The notes under the pieces: generated by a model | What the model saw: only the letters and a program-made list of their open reading frames with translations | Databases searched by the model: none | What the model was told of the DNA's origin: nothing | Made by a program: the position numbers and the translations under genes | Shown here: positions 12,998 to 27,270 of the stretch, piece after piece | Layout: the number at the start of each line of letters is the position of its first letter | Numbering within the stretch: the stretch's first letter is position 1 | Assembly: GCA_951406725.2 (NCBI GenBank) | Contig: OX597816.1 | Location: forward strand, 85,436,001 to 85,500,000 | DNA from: Octopus vulgaris | Taxonomy: Eukaryota | Direction: 5' to 3' | DNA length: 64,000 nucleotides

Positions 12998-13634
12998 CCT
13001 AAACTTGTAAACACACATGTAAACATACTATTATGTATGCATACACAGATAGAAAAACTTGTATACAGACACCGTTGTATACGCACCAACATACATATGT
13101 ACACATAAACATATTTCCATTTATACACATTTATATACATTCATGTTATAAGCACATGTTTTCAGCTTCGCCGTTATAGTCATCAACCCTCTTGTAATAT
13201 AAATTCAAATTCACCGATTTCAAGGAAATTGCTGCAAATTTCTGTTAACGAATATGGAACTAACATGACGTAAGATTTAAAAATAAGCCTTTATATCTCT
13301 ACGGCATTTGTTTCCTATTCTAGTTACATATAATCAACCAGAAAAGTAAAATACAGAATTTATTCAAATTTTATGGTTTCTTTTGTATCAAAAATATAAT
13401 TAGTCTGCAAAGTAGGATATTTTCATATCTCCAAATCTCCTCTATATAGCAGTCTGTCTGACGTTCATTCGATTTTCACTCCAAAAATGATACATTTGAA
13501 TATAATTATGTATTAATTTCTAGATTCATTTATCTGAAAATATTTCCATGTTTTCATGATTATCTTTTTGTTTCTAGAAAATAAATCTCCAATTATTTAT
13601 GATATCATAACGGGACAAATTCTACTTACACACA

Positions 13635-13716
13635 TGTATGTATGTATGTATGTATGTATGTATGTATGTATGTATGTATGTATGTATGTATGTATGTATG
13701 TATGTATGTATGTATG
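13635..13716. repeat. (ATGT)n microsatellite
   Basis: Seen directly. Confidence 0.95.
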
Positions 13717-14321
13717 CATGTATACAAACATACATACGCACATATATGATTGTGCATATGCATATATATATGTGTGTGGTTATATGCATGCCAGTGTGTA
13801 TGCTTGTGCATGTGAATTTGAGTACACGTAGATGTGTATATACAAGGACACACTGCATATACATGCTTATCTTTGTTTTTGCGGCCTGTTTCCCTGTGAA
13901 CAGTGATATCCCATTTTAAAATCATTTCTGAAGAACGGCTACATTAGCAAGTAACGAATGAAAAAATACATAAATGTATGCGCGTTTGGATAGTATACAC
14001 GAATGAGCTGTGACGCAATTTTCCCCAGTTCCTTTTAATGTTAGCAATGAAGATTAACTCATTAACCAGACACTCAAAGTTGAAAAGTACCTATGTATTG
14101 AACAACATTAACTCAAATTTGAAATGGAAAAACAGGCAACAATACTATTGTATAGATGCTTACCACGAATCTAGCACTTTGTTGGGAATCGTCCCTTCCA
14201 TAACACTACTGAACGTATGATTTTATGAAGTGTTGTGTCTATTTTTATGTCTACAAGGTAATTACATACCTGGGATGTTGCTTTTCTTTATAAAATGAAT
14301 TCAACCACATAATGATTCCGA

Positions 14322-14535
14322 ATTCTGGCAGAAGGCCAGTAATCTCGGGGAGGCAAGTCAATTGCATTGGTCCCTGGACTCAACTAGTACATGTTTTATC
14401 GTCCGCGAAAGGAAGGAAGGCAAAGTCGACCACTGCAGAATTCGAACTCAGAACTCGAAGGATGAAATGCCGCTAAGCATTTTGGCTTGATAATGATTCT
14501 ATGAGCGTGATAATGATTCTATCAGCTCGGTGTCT
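14322..14535 (-). mobile_element. SINE family B
   Basis: Reverse complement of the family B core (GAAGGCAAAGTCGAC...GAACTCAGAAC...GAAATGCCGCTAAGCATTT). Confidence 0.75.
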
Positions 14536-15317
14536 TATTCAGACCACCTATGGAAATCCATTTGATATCATATACACTAATGCTCATCATACTAATGTGC
14601 CTGAAATCCATTCCATCTTTACAACAAGAAACGATATACATATAATTTGCCACGCAAGTAGCCTATTCATTACATGAGAAAATGGCTGACATTTTATTTT
14701 AAATTAGAGAAATGACTTCTAGTATATAATTTTATTTGTTTTTATATATCCAGGGATTTAGCAATTTCTGCAAGGTAGAAAAAAGGTGAAACCCAATACA
14801 TGAATATATTATTATATACTTTAGAAGTATCCAAATTGCCAAGATATATCATACCCACATCGATTCCATGAACAAGAAGAAGGAAACCTAATGATTTAAC
14901 TCTTAGTCAATTAACTACTACTATTTCAACTTATAATGATATTAAAATTTACGTCTTTTGCAACAATAAACGCTTCTATCGTGTCCAGTAGCTTGGGAAG
15001 TAAATTGATTCAATCGATCTAGATATCACTAATAAAGTCCAGTCAATTTCAAATTTTAAAATTTAACAGACCAGTTCTAAAATTAACACATTAGGAACAT
15101 TATTTCCTGTATGTCATGTATTTATTCATCGTAGCCAATATTTGCCTTATTTCTTCGATTTACTTAATGCGTTATCGGTGTTGGCTTGACTATTGTAATC
15201 ATTCTTTACACGATAATTAAACATCTAGATCCACAGGACTCGTTAAATTCTTTATTGAGCAATATATATTATATATACTCCCATAATCGTAAAGGCTTCT
15301 TGTATTACTTCCGGTTC

Positions 15318-15462
15318 CTTACGTTCTAAGTTCAAATTCTGCCAAGGACAACTTTGCGTTTCATCCCCATAGTTTCGATAAAATAGGGGACCAGTCTAGT
15401 ACTGCCACGCACGATATCGAACATCCAACCCTAGTAAAAAATCCTAGCCTTCTGCTTAGATG
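15318..15462 (+). mobile_element. SINE family B, partial
   Basis: TTACGTTCTAAGTTCAAATTCTGCCAAGGACAACTTTGCGTTTCATCC...CGATAAAAT. Confidence 0.65.
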
Positions 15463-16319
15463 AAAAAATACTCTAGTTTCCAAATTACTACTGTGTCTAG
15501 CAAAGATCCATGGTGAGAATATCAGAGTGCATGTATCAGACGTTGTGAATCCATATCAAACTCCATGTGGTTTGCTTACAAGAAATCGCACGAGCATAAC
15601 ATTGTTTGATTTAGTGTATCAAAGGTCATATTAAACAGTGACGCTGCCTTCTTTGAAGACGACTTAATTTCAAGTGCGCCAGAGACATTTATTTTATGTC
15701 GTAGGTTAGCGACCATGTAGGTTTTACAGGTCAGTGACCAGATTGTTACTCCATTTACTGGTGATAATAATACTATTTGTTGCAGAGATCCTCATAAATC
15801 TGTTTAATATTTAAGATTTGTATAGAATTATATCGTTGAAGTTCACGAGGATCTTTTAGTTGGTATTGTTACTAACATTGAAAATAGAATTGCGTTTGGA
15901 GTATATTCCCAATGCAAATGCTATTTGGATTGCTTGTGAATTTATCTTAAGTCTCCTACTAATATTCAGAGAAATATTATCACTATTTCCAACATAACCA
16001 TTTCGAAAAAAGTTTGTATTACAAGAATGTAAAAATAAACATTGGATAAGAAAGTCGGTTAAGCCAAAACGGAAAATATACTTGTAAAACTTAATATTTT
16101 ACCTATTTTCACAGTATAACGATATTAAGTGTAACAACAACAAACACAAAAGGAACTAAAATAATATTATCAGTTTTTGTACGTAAACTTCTAAAGTTTC
16201 ACAAAACATTAAATAGTTTCCCCTTCTCAGCTGCAGGTGTTCTTCACAACATTTAATTTTGCTTCGTTATTATGGAAGGACTTGATGCTTTTTTATTGTA
16301 TTCTATGACCCGTCGTAAC

Positions 16320-16720
16320 GTTTCTATTTTCTTCTGGTCTTGGAGTGTTTCTTCTCCTAGGCTGCCTGCCTGCCACCCAACGCTAACGTGTACAGCCTAC
16401 ACGGGTTACTGGTTATTTGGAGGCGCCAGACACTCACCTTTTCTCAAACATCTCCTGTTGGTTTAGCGAAGGAGTCCGGCTTGCCCACTGTGACTAATGA
16501 ATCATATCTACACCCGTTTTGAAATCAGAGTATTCCTCCTAGACAGACTGCCAATTAAGGCTCACGAGTGGCCAGTGACTCTTTTAAGTTCCTCTGCCCT
16601 TTGCTGGGCTTTGATTTTAATCACGTGGCGTGTCGAAAATCACCCCCTCACCAAGCAAGATTAGTGGGGATGCCGGTTTAGTCGCCGACGACTCGACTGT
16701 TTCACAACACCACTTGTTAA
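16320..16720 (-). mobile_element. Probable RTE-clade LINE 5'-UTR remnants (two related pieces)
   Basis: GC-richer island with two TTC(T)CCTAG...CTGCC...AAGGCT-like motifs and ACTGGTT..GAGGCGCCAG. Resembles RTE leader sequences as recalled; not verified. Confidence 0.35.
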
Positions 16721-17326
16721 TCATTCTGTGTACTTATTGCTCATTATTATAATTTTTGTATTACTACTATAATCCCTATCTTATTATTTACTTGTTCTCT
16801 ACTATATTTTCACTATTATTACTGTAATTATATTATTACTAGAAAGCCGAGTGGTCCTAATATTGTCTCCTCTGATTTCTTTAGACAACGACTGATGGCA
16901 AATTCACGACTGAAAGACAATTCACGAGATTTTAGGCGTATCTACGTCAAGTTGGGACTATCATAGCTAAGATATCGAAGCTTATACACATCTTACAGTT
17001 TTAATAAGCTGTATAGTATTCTATCTATACACCCTTCATTGTATTTAAGATATTATGTCTATAGACATAACAAGCTCAAAGTTTTAGTAAATATAGAAAG
17101 TACTAGAAAAAACTTACTCATTTGTGTGGGGAGCTGTTAATTGACCATGTCATCGTATGAATGATTTCTGCACCCATTGGAAGAAGAGGGAAAGGGGAAG
17201 GGAGAGAGATAGAGAGAGAGAGAGAAAGAGAGAAAGAGAGAGAGAAGGAGAAACGAAGAGGGAGGCATGTAAGCGTGCTAAAATTCCAGCGAGTGGACGA
17301 ATTTATGTATAGAACTATATATCTTT

Positions 17327-17626
17327 ATGAAAGGACCTAGCTACCAGGAAACAACAATGAAAGGACCTAGATACCAGGAAACAACAAAGTGGCAGAAATT
17401 CAAAAGATAATGCTCACAGAAACTATCCATATGCTACGTAAAATACAGCTTATGTAATCTCAAATTTTAAAACAACTCATAATTTTCTTATGTTTTTCTA
17501 AATATTCTGTAGAAAAATACGAAGTGGAAAACCAATATATGGCACCCTACGCATAATACCAACATGAAACTTCTAACTTGTTGTCTCTTGAGTGAACTTG
17601 TACAAATACAAAGCAAATGTCAAACA

Positions 17627-17627
<1 letters not shown>
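17327..17627 (+). mobile_element. R4/Dong-like extreme 3' end plus 3' UTR
   Basis: IPGNNKVAEIQKIMLTETIHMLRK matches the C-terminus of the other Dong pieces. It ends in (TAA)n and has a 30-bp tandem duplication at its 5' junction (17327-17386). Confidence 0.7.
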
Positions 17628-17697
<70 letters not shown>

Positions 17698-17706
17698 TAA
17701 TAATAA

Positions 17707-18546
17707 TCCCAAGTGTACAAAAAGGATGTAGGAAGAGTCCTCAGGGAACCAAGTATCACGTGGTTATCGGTAACATAGTGATGCATTGTAAAAATACCAT
17801 ACAAAGATGCCTATGGCTTGGATTGACTGTAAGAAGGCATATGATACAATGCCTCATTTATGGATCGTCGAATGCATGCATATGCTAGGTGTTGCTGACA
17901 GCATCACAAATTTTCTGATGCATAGCATGAAAGAGTGGTAAGCCAAATTCTACTCAAGTAATATAAACCTTGTAGAAATTATTATGAAAAGGGTAATCTT
18001 CCAGGGTGACTCGTCTTCTCCGTTACTATTTGTAATTGTACTAATGCCCATAACAATAACACTTAGGAAAGTTAAGGTGGGTGAACGATGTGAGGAGAAA
18101 GGCCCGTCGTTGATCCATTTTCTGTTTATGGATGACCTGAAATTGTTTGGGAAATCTGATAAGCAAATAGATTTCTTAAACAAAGCAATCCAGAGGACTA
18201 ATTAGTATAGGAAACGGTATATAAAATGAAAGGAGAACGCTTAGCGAATATTTGATAAATAGTGCTGAAGACCTGCTGCAATATGCCTCAAAAGATATGG
18301 GTATAAATGCAAATGACATGATGGCCAAGGCAGATTTAAACCAAAGAGCTGAGGAGATGTGATACCAGTGGTGATCAGTGCGTTGGAGTCAATCCCATTG
18401 AAACTTCAAAACTTCTTAAGGCAACTGGAAATCCCAAGCAAGATTGATGTCTAGCAAAAAGCAGCTTTATTGGGCACACTGAATATCTTAAGGAAAGTAT
18501 TATCTGCCTGAGGTCCTTGTTGTGACTTGACAGATGACTAAAATCT
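17707..18546 (+). mobile_element. R4/Dong-like element, multiply deleted (RT pieces plus 3' end)
   Basis: QKGCRK, MAWIDCKKAYDTMPHLWI, IFQGDSSSPLLF, HFLFMDDLKLF, QKAALLGTLNILRKVL. Flanked by (TAA)n and (CAA)n/(TAA)n. Confidence 0.88.
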
Positions 18547-19170
18547 CAACAACAATAACAACAACAACAACAACGATAATAATAATAACGATGACATTGA
18601 TAATGATGAAGACAACAATGATGATTATTTATGACGATTATGATGATGGCAACAATGGTGATTATTTATGACGATTATGATGATTGTAGGAATGAGGATG
18701 GGTGTTGCCCCAAATGCTCGTTATAGGTGGGTCAGTGCTTCAGATAATTCAAATTTAATATTACACAAAGAGAACATAACGAACAAGTCGGAACGATATG
18801 ATTAAAAGATATAAAACAAACAATCTTACAACGTACATTTAGATAACTTATGGAAAAATTAAAAATTATTTTCGCCCTTACGGAGAGTATTGAAATTCTC
18901 CAAAGCTGAGAATTTTAGTTATCAAAGCTAGAAGTGGAAACTGCATTGTGTTCCTATTTATTTCATAATGCTGGAATGAGATATAGTGATGGTAGTGATG
19001 TTGGTAATTGATAGCAATAATAGTACTATGGTTGTTGACACTGTTATAACAACAATAGTGCCGTTGACAATACCAATAGAGTATTCTTCTCAGATAGGAA
19101 ATCTGATCTCTTTGTGGCTTCCGGAATTCGGCAACATTCCACAGCAGCGAAGTAAGAAGACTATGACGTA

Positions 19171-19224
<54 letters not shown>

Positions 19225-19365
19225 CTGTCTGTCTATATATGTGTGTCTGTGTATATGTATGTATACATATATACATATACAGACACACGCAAGCACACAC
19301 TTACACACACACACATATATATGTACGTATACATGCATACATACATACATACATACATACATACA

Positions 19366-19398
<33 letters not shown>

Positions 19399-19559
19399 CA
19401 GCAAGTTACTAAAAGACTTGCAGCAGACCAAAGAAGCTCCCGTGAATCCTGGAATTGCAGATATACGTTTGAAACGGAAAGACAAATATAGAATGAGGAA
19501 TGCTATTAGCGCGTATTAGATGTATGACAAATTAAAGCATTACGCTTGTTAATTCTGTT

Positions 19560-20260
19560 TCCTATGTCAACATTTCAACAATTTCCTATACACTTTCATA
19601 CAGATAACTATGAAAGATGGTTGTGAAAATAAATTATGAGTCCTTTCAAAAAATTGAAGAACTAACCGAATATACCGAACTTTATATGTAAATTAGAGCA
19701 CGGAAAATTTATTCTATATATGGGAAGTTAATAAAATTACCCTTATGGAAAATGTAAAAAAGCAGCCGATTTAACGAGAAAGTTCGATAAAGCCGCTGGT
19801 TTAGTACACTAATGAGGAAATGTAATACAGGAGCACGAAATATGCGCCTTCTCTAAATATACGGATACAAGGAAAGCTTAAGAGACTGAACATGAATAAC
19901 GAAAAAAGAATAATTTGACGGATTACAAAATGTATTAAAATATCATTTTTATACCAAGTAATCCGTGCTTTCAACGCGTTTACATTATTAGTTGTATCAT
20001 ATGGTTTCGTGCTACTGAATTTCATTCTGGCACTACTAAATACTGTAGATATTAATCAAAATACGTTATCAAAATAGAAGTTAAATACTGTACCATTGAT
20101 AGGATGCACAACCACTGTGGAATCCCATTGACAATTTTAGAACAAAAAATGAAACATGAAGAATCGCTACATTTGCAAGTCATAAGAAGGTACAAGACAG
20201 TCGTGACCTTTGCCGGATGCAATTTCAAAAGCCTCAAACTGCCTATGTCTATAGCGGAAT
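19560..20260 (+). pseudogene. Old, decayed R4/Dong-like RT/thumb remnant
   Basis: VIRAFNAFTLLVVSYGFVLLNF aligns with VLAINSLAVLVVTYSYNVLNW of ORF 37526-38743. RMHNH lies downstream. Confidence 0.45.
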
Positions 20261-23127
20261 AATTTTCAAATAAATTCACTTTAGACTTCTAAAAGATTAA
20301 GATTTATTCTAGCGAGGAGAATAAAAATGCTCATTCCTATGATACACGTATCAACCATGTTCAACAGCCATAACAATAGCTTTCTGTATTTGACCAATTA
20401 TTTGAAAAGTGCATATTCAATGTAGAAAATGTCTTTCTCTAATATACAATCCTAGAAGTCTACTGAAGCCTGAATTTGGTAGAAGAAGAAAAATGATTTA
20501 GATATATTGAACCAAATAAACTCTGAATGATGTTTTGAGAGTATTATACGTAATTTTGTTTCTCATTCTATTAAGGAGGACATGTATGTGGCCCAGATGG
20601 AGAGGTCGACAATGTATGTTAGGTCTTACTTTTTCCGTTTTCATACATTGGGAACGAAACTCGAATAAAATCGTCCGTCTTAAAAAGAACAAATAAGACT
20701 TGTTGGATTTTCCTTGGACATGGCATGAAAAATCACCAATGTCTCAAAGGAGTGAGTGTCGTGGAGTTTAGATACATCCAACAAACACTAAAGTTTTTCC
20801 TAAAATCCAGGGTTTTTATAACTGCTCAACTTGACTTAAAAGAATCGAAATCACATACATATATTCTTTAAGTAACTTCTATAATCTCTATATGAGCAGT
20901 TATATTAACCAATGGAAAAACGACAATAATATTTCTTCGGCAATACGACATTACGTCATATTGCCAGCTAACACAAATTGGTGCGTTGTTTTAAAATGGC
21001 TAATTGCAACAGAGAGATCGACGTTATATGTTAGGTCTTACTTTTTCCGTTTTCATACATTGGGAACGAAACTCGAATAAAAGCGTCAGTCTTAAGAAGA
21101 AAACGCCTCCACGATTTTCTCTTCTCCGTAAAACTATTTGTCTCTTAGAATATTTTTTGTAGAACGATGCGCATTGGTTTATATCCGCAATAGGTTTGTT
21201 TCTCAGAGTATGTATAAATTTAGTAGGTTTCGGTGGCTGAGGAAGAGGTTTCAAAATTTGTTAGAATATTATTCCTTTATAGTCATATATAGCCATTTGA
21301 TGTGTAATGTACCCTTCTGATTTGGATTCTTTTCTCTTTTTGTTTGTGTTAATATTTTGTTTGTTTATAACAGAGCAGTGTAGTTGTCATATATTGTGCT
21401 ACCACCACCTACACATCTAGTAGGTGAGTTCATATATAAATATGAATGACAAAACTGGGTGCAAAATAAAAATGAAATACACAAGACAAACCTTACTTCG
21501 TCAATCCCTAGGCATATGATCCGGAGAACACAAATATTTCAAAGCTTTCGAGGGGTGAAATAATTTTTAAGATACTCCTTTTGCATGAAATTAAGCAAGC
21601 TAATAAAAAGATTCTGTGACATCAAAGAGAACAACCCACTCATACCCAACAGCAAATAACAAATAAAAAAAGAGAAAATAATTTTCTCTCATCAATAACG
21701 CCTTCAAATATAAATAAATTGGTGAATTCGCAGTGAGTAACAGCAGAAAAGGAATCCAGAAATCCAACGGAATTTATAAAATAGTTAAAAACTAAGCAAA
21801 AATGGCGCTACAGCATGTGATACTGAAGTGATTTCAAGTAAATCTCTGAATGGACAAAGGAAAACTGAGGAAGAAAAAACGCAAAATTGCCGAGTAACAT
21901 AACACTCAACGCGGAGAATGATAGGTTACTGAATGCGGCTCAAATTCAATGCTTTACTCAAGAAACTATCAACAACATTTTAGGGAACTGAATATATTAC
22001 ATTAGATAATTGCAGAATATGTAGATGATGCAGAAACACTTAACCACATCGTTTCCAGTTGCTTTATATAAATAAAATGTAGAATACATAATGGGTTTTG
22101 CATAAGAAGGTGTTAAACTGAGGTACGCTTGAATTGAAAATGACATCAGTTCACCCGCTTTCGCCGGCGTTCCTTGTTCACACTTTAAAAGAATCTCTAC
22201 ACGTATTAGACTACTTAGCTCGTTGTGCAATCACAACTTCTCCACATGGGGATCGATGGGCGAATGACACTTATAGGTACGATTTATTTGGAGTTTTAAT
22301 AGATTATAGGATTCGCCAGCCAACATTATGAGGCGCCAAGTAGTGATGGTATAAATATAAATCATAAAAATATTAAACGACAAAGTCACAGTATTCTGCG
22401 ATAGCTAAGCTATATATGCCCTGACATGAAGTTTAAGTAGCAACATATTCCAGGAATCTAGCTCGATTGAAAATGTTTACTTATTAAAATATCATTCCAG
22501 CAAACGATAACATAATTCCAAAATCATTCAGAAATTTACTTAAATGAAAATATATGAGAAAAAAAGGAAATATCTGAACACATACATAATTTGAATAATA
22601 ATATAATCTATGGGAATCATTAAAAAAAGTAGGAAAACAAATATTTACATTAACAAAGTTTTAGGGAATATATACAATTTAAAGAAATTGTTTTGCTAGT
22701 TCTGCACGTTCATTACTTAGTGCATATTTACAAGAATGAAAATTACAAGACGGAACAAATACAGTTTACCCGTATAATACAAATAAAGAAGCTGTTTAGT
22801 TTATTAAATAAATCGTCGAATTAGATCTGAATTCGAATGTAGTCGCGCTCAGTTTTGCCTTTCATCTTTCTCACTTAATTACGCCAATTTTCAAAATAAT
22901 TAAAACATTTCGTGGCATGCAGCTGAATTTCACGCATTGTTCACCATTATCAAAAACGTTTTGCATGTATTAAAGATCACTCATTATCTTAAAGAGAAAA
23001 CCAATGAAAAACTATATAATTATAAGGAAAAAATTAAAATATGTTTACAGGCAAACTAATAGATAGAGGAACATCTAATACACTTAAAACAGAATATGAA
23101 AAATGTCATTTATGTTATCAGTTACAG

Positions 23128-23311
23128 GAACAACAAACAACTGTAACGACAATAATAATATCTATCATATTAATTCTGATTTAGATTTGAAAATACTAAG
23201 AATCAAACATACCCGTCCGATATCTGTAACATCGGACAAACTATGCCAGACACCCAGTACTAGCGAATCCAAAAATACGAATGAGATCTATTATTCTCCC
23301 TGTCCGCCCAC
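23128..23311 (+). CDS. Candidate isolated host-gene exon, product unknown
   Basis: TTATCAGTTACAG acceptor, GTGAGT donor, and an open non-repetitive frame (..RPISVTSDKLCQTPSTSESKNTNEIYYSPCPP). No homology recognised. Confidence 0.25.
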
Positions 23312-23417
23312 GTGAGTCATAGAGCATTCCATTTCTACAGAGGTAAAAACTGCAGTTTAAATTCTTGGAGAGAAAGCATTATATTGTTATGAAAAAAGGG
23401 GTAAATCAGAAGAAATC

Positions 23418-23479
23418 TCTGAGCTGATGAAGGAAAAGTGGCGTTTTACCCACAAATCCAGAAACAGACTGTCCTCGGG
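23418..23479 (+). ncRNA. Type I hammerhead ribozyme motif (probable solo PLE pLTR relic)
   Basis: Stem I UCUGAG/CUCGGG, core CUGAUGA, stem II GGA..GUGG-loop-CCAC..UCC, GAAAC, stem III ACAG-A-CUGU, GUC cleavage triplet at 23471-73. Confidence 0.75.
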
Positions 23480-23898
23480 TATCGTATATGGATGTGATCT
23501 TTCATTGTTTTTCCCTTATTCCTATGTGAGTTATTTTTCTGAGTATGCATTGTCTGGAGACTTTTATTTGCAGTTGAAGAAATAGCCAAATTTTTGGCTG
23601 CTATTTCTGAAAAGTTCGGTGTGTGGTAAAGTGAATTCTTTTATATATATACATACGTATATACATGTATCTATATACATACATATATATATACACACAT
23701 ACACACACACGCATATATATATATTTATATACACAGATACAATCATGTGTAGGTATGTATAAATATTCATTATACTTTTTATATGTCTACCCCATGTATG
23801 TATGTATGCATGTATGTATGTATGTATTATATGTATACATGCATACAAACACACATAAATAAACATTCATAAATACGCATTCGAACATATATATATAT

Positions 23899-23933
<35 letters not shown>

Positions 23934-25894
23934 CAGACCGTGGGACAGACAGATACAGATACGATATATTATTTATGTGTCTATGTATGTTTACTGTGAC
24001 ATATGAAAATATGTGCGTATATTTCTTACTTGTTAGATATTCTATATTAATAAGAGTACATAAATTAATAATTCTGTCATCATTAGTATACGAACCACGT
24101 TCTTCTTATTGCATAGTCTACTTTCCTACTTAGTTGCCTCATGGTCATTCTCATCTCTCTTTTGCTGACAATATTTGCCTAATATACTTGTACTGAAACG
24201 AATCTTTCTAGCACTAACTTAATTCATTATATTCTCATTGATTTGCCTTGTTCCGGATTATATTTCGACCACTTAACGATCTCTGGTAATGATACACTGG
24301 CACACGTTGAATTAATGAAAATATATTGGATACTTTTCATGTGGATCACGATCCATCTCATTGATTTACTACTCCATTGTTGGCTTTTGATGAAAGAAAC
24401 CACGTATAGACGTTTGAGTAAATGTCTAATTACACATGATAGATTCAGCTGTGCTTTGGTGTACCATAATACAATATGATTTAAGGACATGGCAAATTTC
24501 GCTTCCAAAGGTTATGTATTCATTGTTTGTAATTACATCACAGAATTAGTATTCGAAATACGAAATCAGCGCCGTTAATATATTCATTGTATGTAGAAGC
24601 AAATCTATGGCGATTGGTTGGCATAATTAATGAGCGAAGGAAATCCCGGCAACGAGCACGTGAAAGTTAATTTTAGTTGTATTTACTATTACAATTGATA
24701 TCATCTATATTACAACCAACGCCACAAAAACCACCACCACCACCACCACCATTGTTATTATTCTTGTCGTTATCATCATCATCATCATTGATATTTTCGT
24801 TAATATTATTATAGGAAATATGAATTCCAATCAGTGCAGCGCCAGTATATTCAGTGCATATAATGAAGTTATTCAATATAGGCAAAACATGAAAACTTAT
24901 CTAATGACATTTATTCCAGACACTCTTTCCAAAGAAAAAGATTAATAAAGTGAGTAATAAATGCAATGAGAAACATTCAATGATTATCGTTTGAAAGCCA
25001 TATTGCGATATTGTTGGTAAACAGTGACGAAATATCGTAGTTGGATAACCAATAAATAGTTTCTTATGTGAAATCGAAGTAATAATGTTCTTGGTTCCAA
25101 CTGTGTGCAGTTAAATTAAATGGGGATTCCATCGTAACTGAACAATATCAGCAGAGTTTAAATAGCAGCAGATGTGATGCAGATATTCCATTAAATTTAC
25201 AAAGATTGCATCTAAAGCAATATGAAAATTGTATTGGATGAATACGACTAAAGCGTGGTTAAAGCAGATCCGAAGATTAGCTGCTAAGAATAACAGAACG
25301 AAAAGTTTGCTACCACATATATGTAATATTTATCGGCTGGCAATTTGTGCATACAAAACTATTTTCAGTTAATTGCTATACAGTCCTTTATGCTTATGAG
25401 ATAAGCAATGGTGAAATGTATCCTACAGTTGAAGCAATAACTAATCTTATGTCAAGTGATTTTGGAGAACATTTTTAATGATGAAATGAGCTAATGGCAA
25501 CCAATGTTTTATGAATAAAAATAAGCGGTATCAAGGAAGAGATATACTGATGTTATTCTTATATTCTTATTTAAGCTTCTTTTAGAGTGCGATGAACAAA
25601 TATCAACGTTAATATATCGGTATATTTATCTCAAATATTTTTTTATAATACACAATTACTTACCTTAAGAGTTAGGATAGTAAAGTATTGTTTTGAAGCA
25701 AGAAATAAATACACACGATATTCTTCATACTTATATTCTACTAACCTGTGGTAATAAGTAATATTGTATTAACCAGACTATATTTTAATAAACTGTGGTA
25801 AACTCAGATTTTTTAAAGCAACATAAGCTTAGAAAGTTGGTTTAATTTCTATGAATGCTACCTCAGGTTAATAGAAAATAAATTTCGTAATACC

Positions 25895-26125
25895 TATTTC
25901 TTTATTACCCACAAGGGGCTGAACATAGAGGGGACAAACATGGACAGACATAGGTATTAAGTCGATTATATCGACCCCAGTGCTTAACTGGTACTTAATT
26001 TATCGACCCCGAAAGGATGAAAGGCAAAGTCGACCTCGGCGGAATTTGAACTCACAACGTAACGGCAGACGAAATACCGCTAAGCATTTCGCCCGACGTG
26101 CTAACGATTCTGCTAGGTCGCCGCC
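25895..26125 (-). mobile_element. SINE family B, full length, young, with TSD
   Basis: Complete head and core. 16-bp TSD TAAATTTCGTAATACC at 25879-25894 and 26139-26154. Confidence 0.92.
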
Positions 26126-27270
26126 TTTCGTAATACCGTAAATTTCGTAATACCGTTTATTATTATGACAGAAGAACAGATTCAAGAAACTGTGAGTCAG
26201 GGTCAAAATGATAAATAATTGGTTGCATTATTCTTGATTGACTCGATGCAACATCAAGAGATAATAATAGCAGCAATTAAGATGATTGGGAAGATGTAGT
26301 GTTACATATATCCTCAGTAATTATAATGTTCACTTATACAAATAATCATTAGTTTCTTAGAAGTTGAAGCCAATATTTTGACATTTTAAATGCACTCAAG
26401 CTTTTTTTCTTTTTAGGAATCGTTAACAGCTCTTTGACATGACGACAACATTTTCTTTCTGCGCAAGCAAAATATGCCTTACTTTGAAATAAAAATTCCT
26501 AAATTATTTAATTTATCTCTTGTTGAATTTTGAGCAGAAAATTGTTTAAAATTGTGGATTTGAAGATACAAAAGTTTCTTCTTCAAATCTAATAATGTTT
26601 TGTTTAAAAGTAAGCACATTGATATGTCATAATCATATAATAAGATTAACCAAATAAAAAATTCTTTGCTGCTGAATTCAGTGGAAATATATTTACGGTT
26701 CAGTTTTTGTTTTAAAATGACGGCCACAAAGTACTGTATATAAACGTATTTCTGTAAAACAACTCGAACATATTGCAGACAATATATTAAAATTTCGTAT
26801 TGCATAGATATGTTCAGTCACCGAAAGTAGATACTGAAGTGGAAGAGAATTACACACGCAAGCACACGCGCATGTGCGCATACACATATACACAAACAAA
26901 TACATATATACGTATATATATATATATATATATATATATTTAGGTAGTGGGTAGCGATTTTATTCACTAATTCAGTGAATGACGACCCTTTCTGACACGA
27001 GTTCCGGGTTCAGCTGGCTCCGGCTGACAGTACCCGGTATGGGCCCTTATCAAGGGTTACGGAAAGGAGACAACTTTCAAAGAAATCCGGAGTGGAGTCC
27101 CGCAGGCGGTTTAGTGTTCGACTCGACACTCTTCCGACAGCTCCTGCAAACAAGCGAAAATTGTCGGGCTGTAGAAAACTAAGAGAGAAAATGCTCCAAT
27201 GCTGTAAACACATATGACTTAAAATATCTACACTAACAGAGACCATAATTTTCCTGAAAATGCCGCGAAA

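Noticed and set aside
16660-16720. GUCG-UCGG-CGAC-UAA on the minus strand, reminiscent of an HDV-like ribozyme P4/J4-2 in RTE leaders
   Set aside because: I could not build P1, P2 or P3 from the upstream sequence.
21480-22000. Possible decayed Dong N-terminal region
   Set aside because: It is too degenerate to support by eye.
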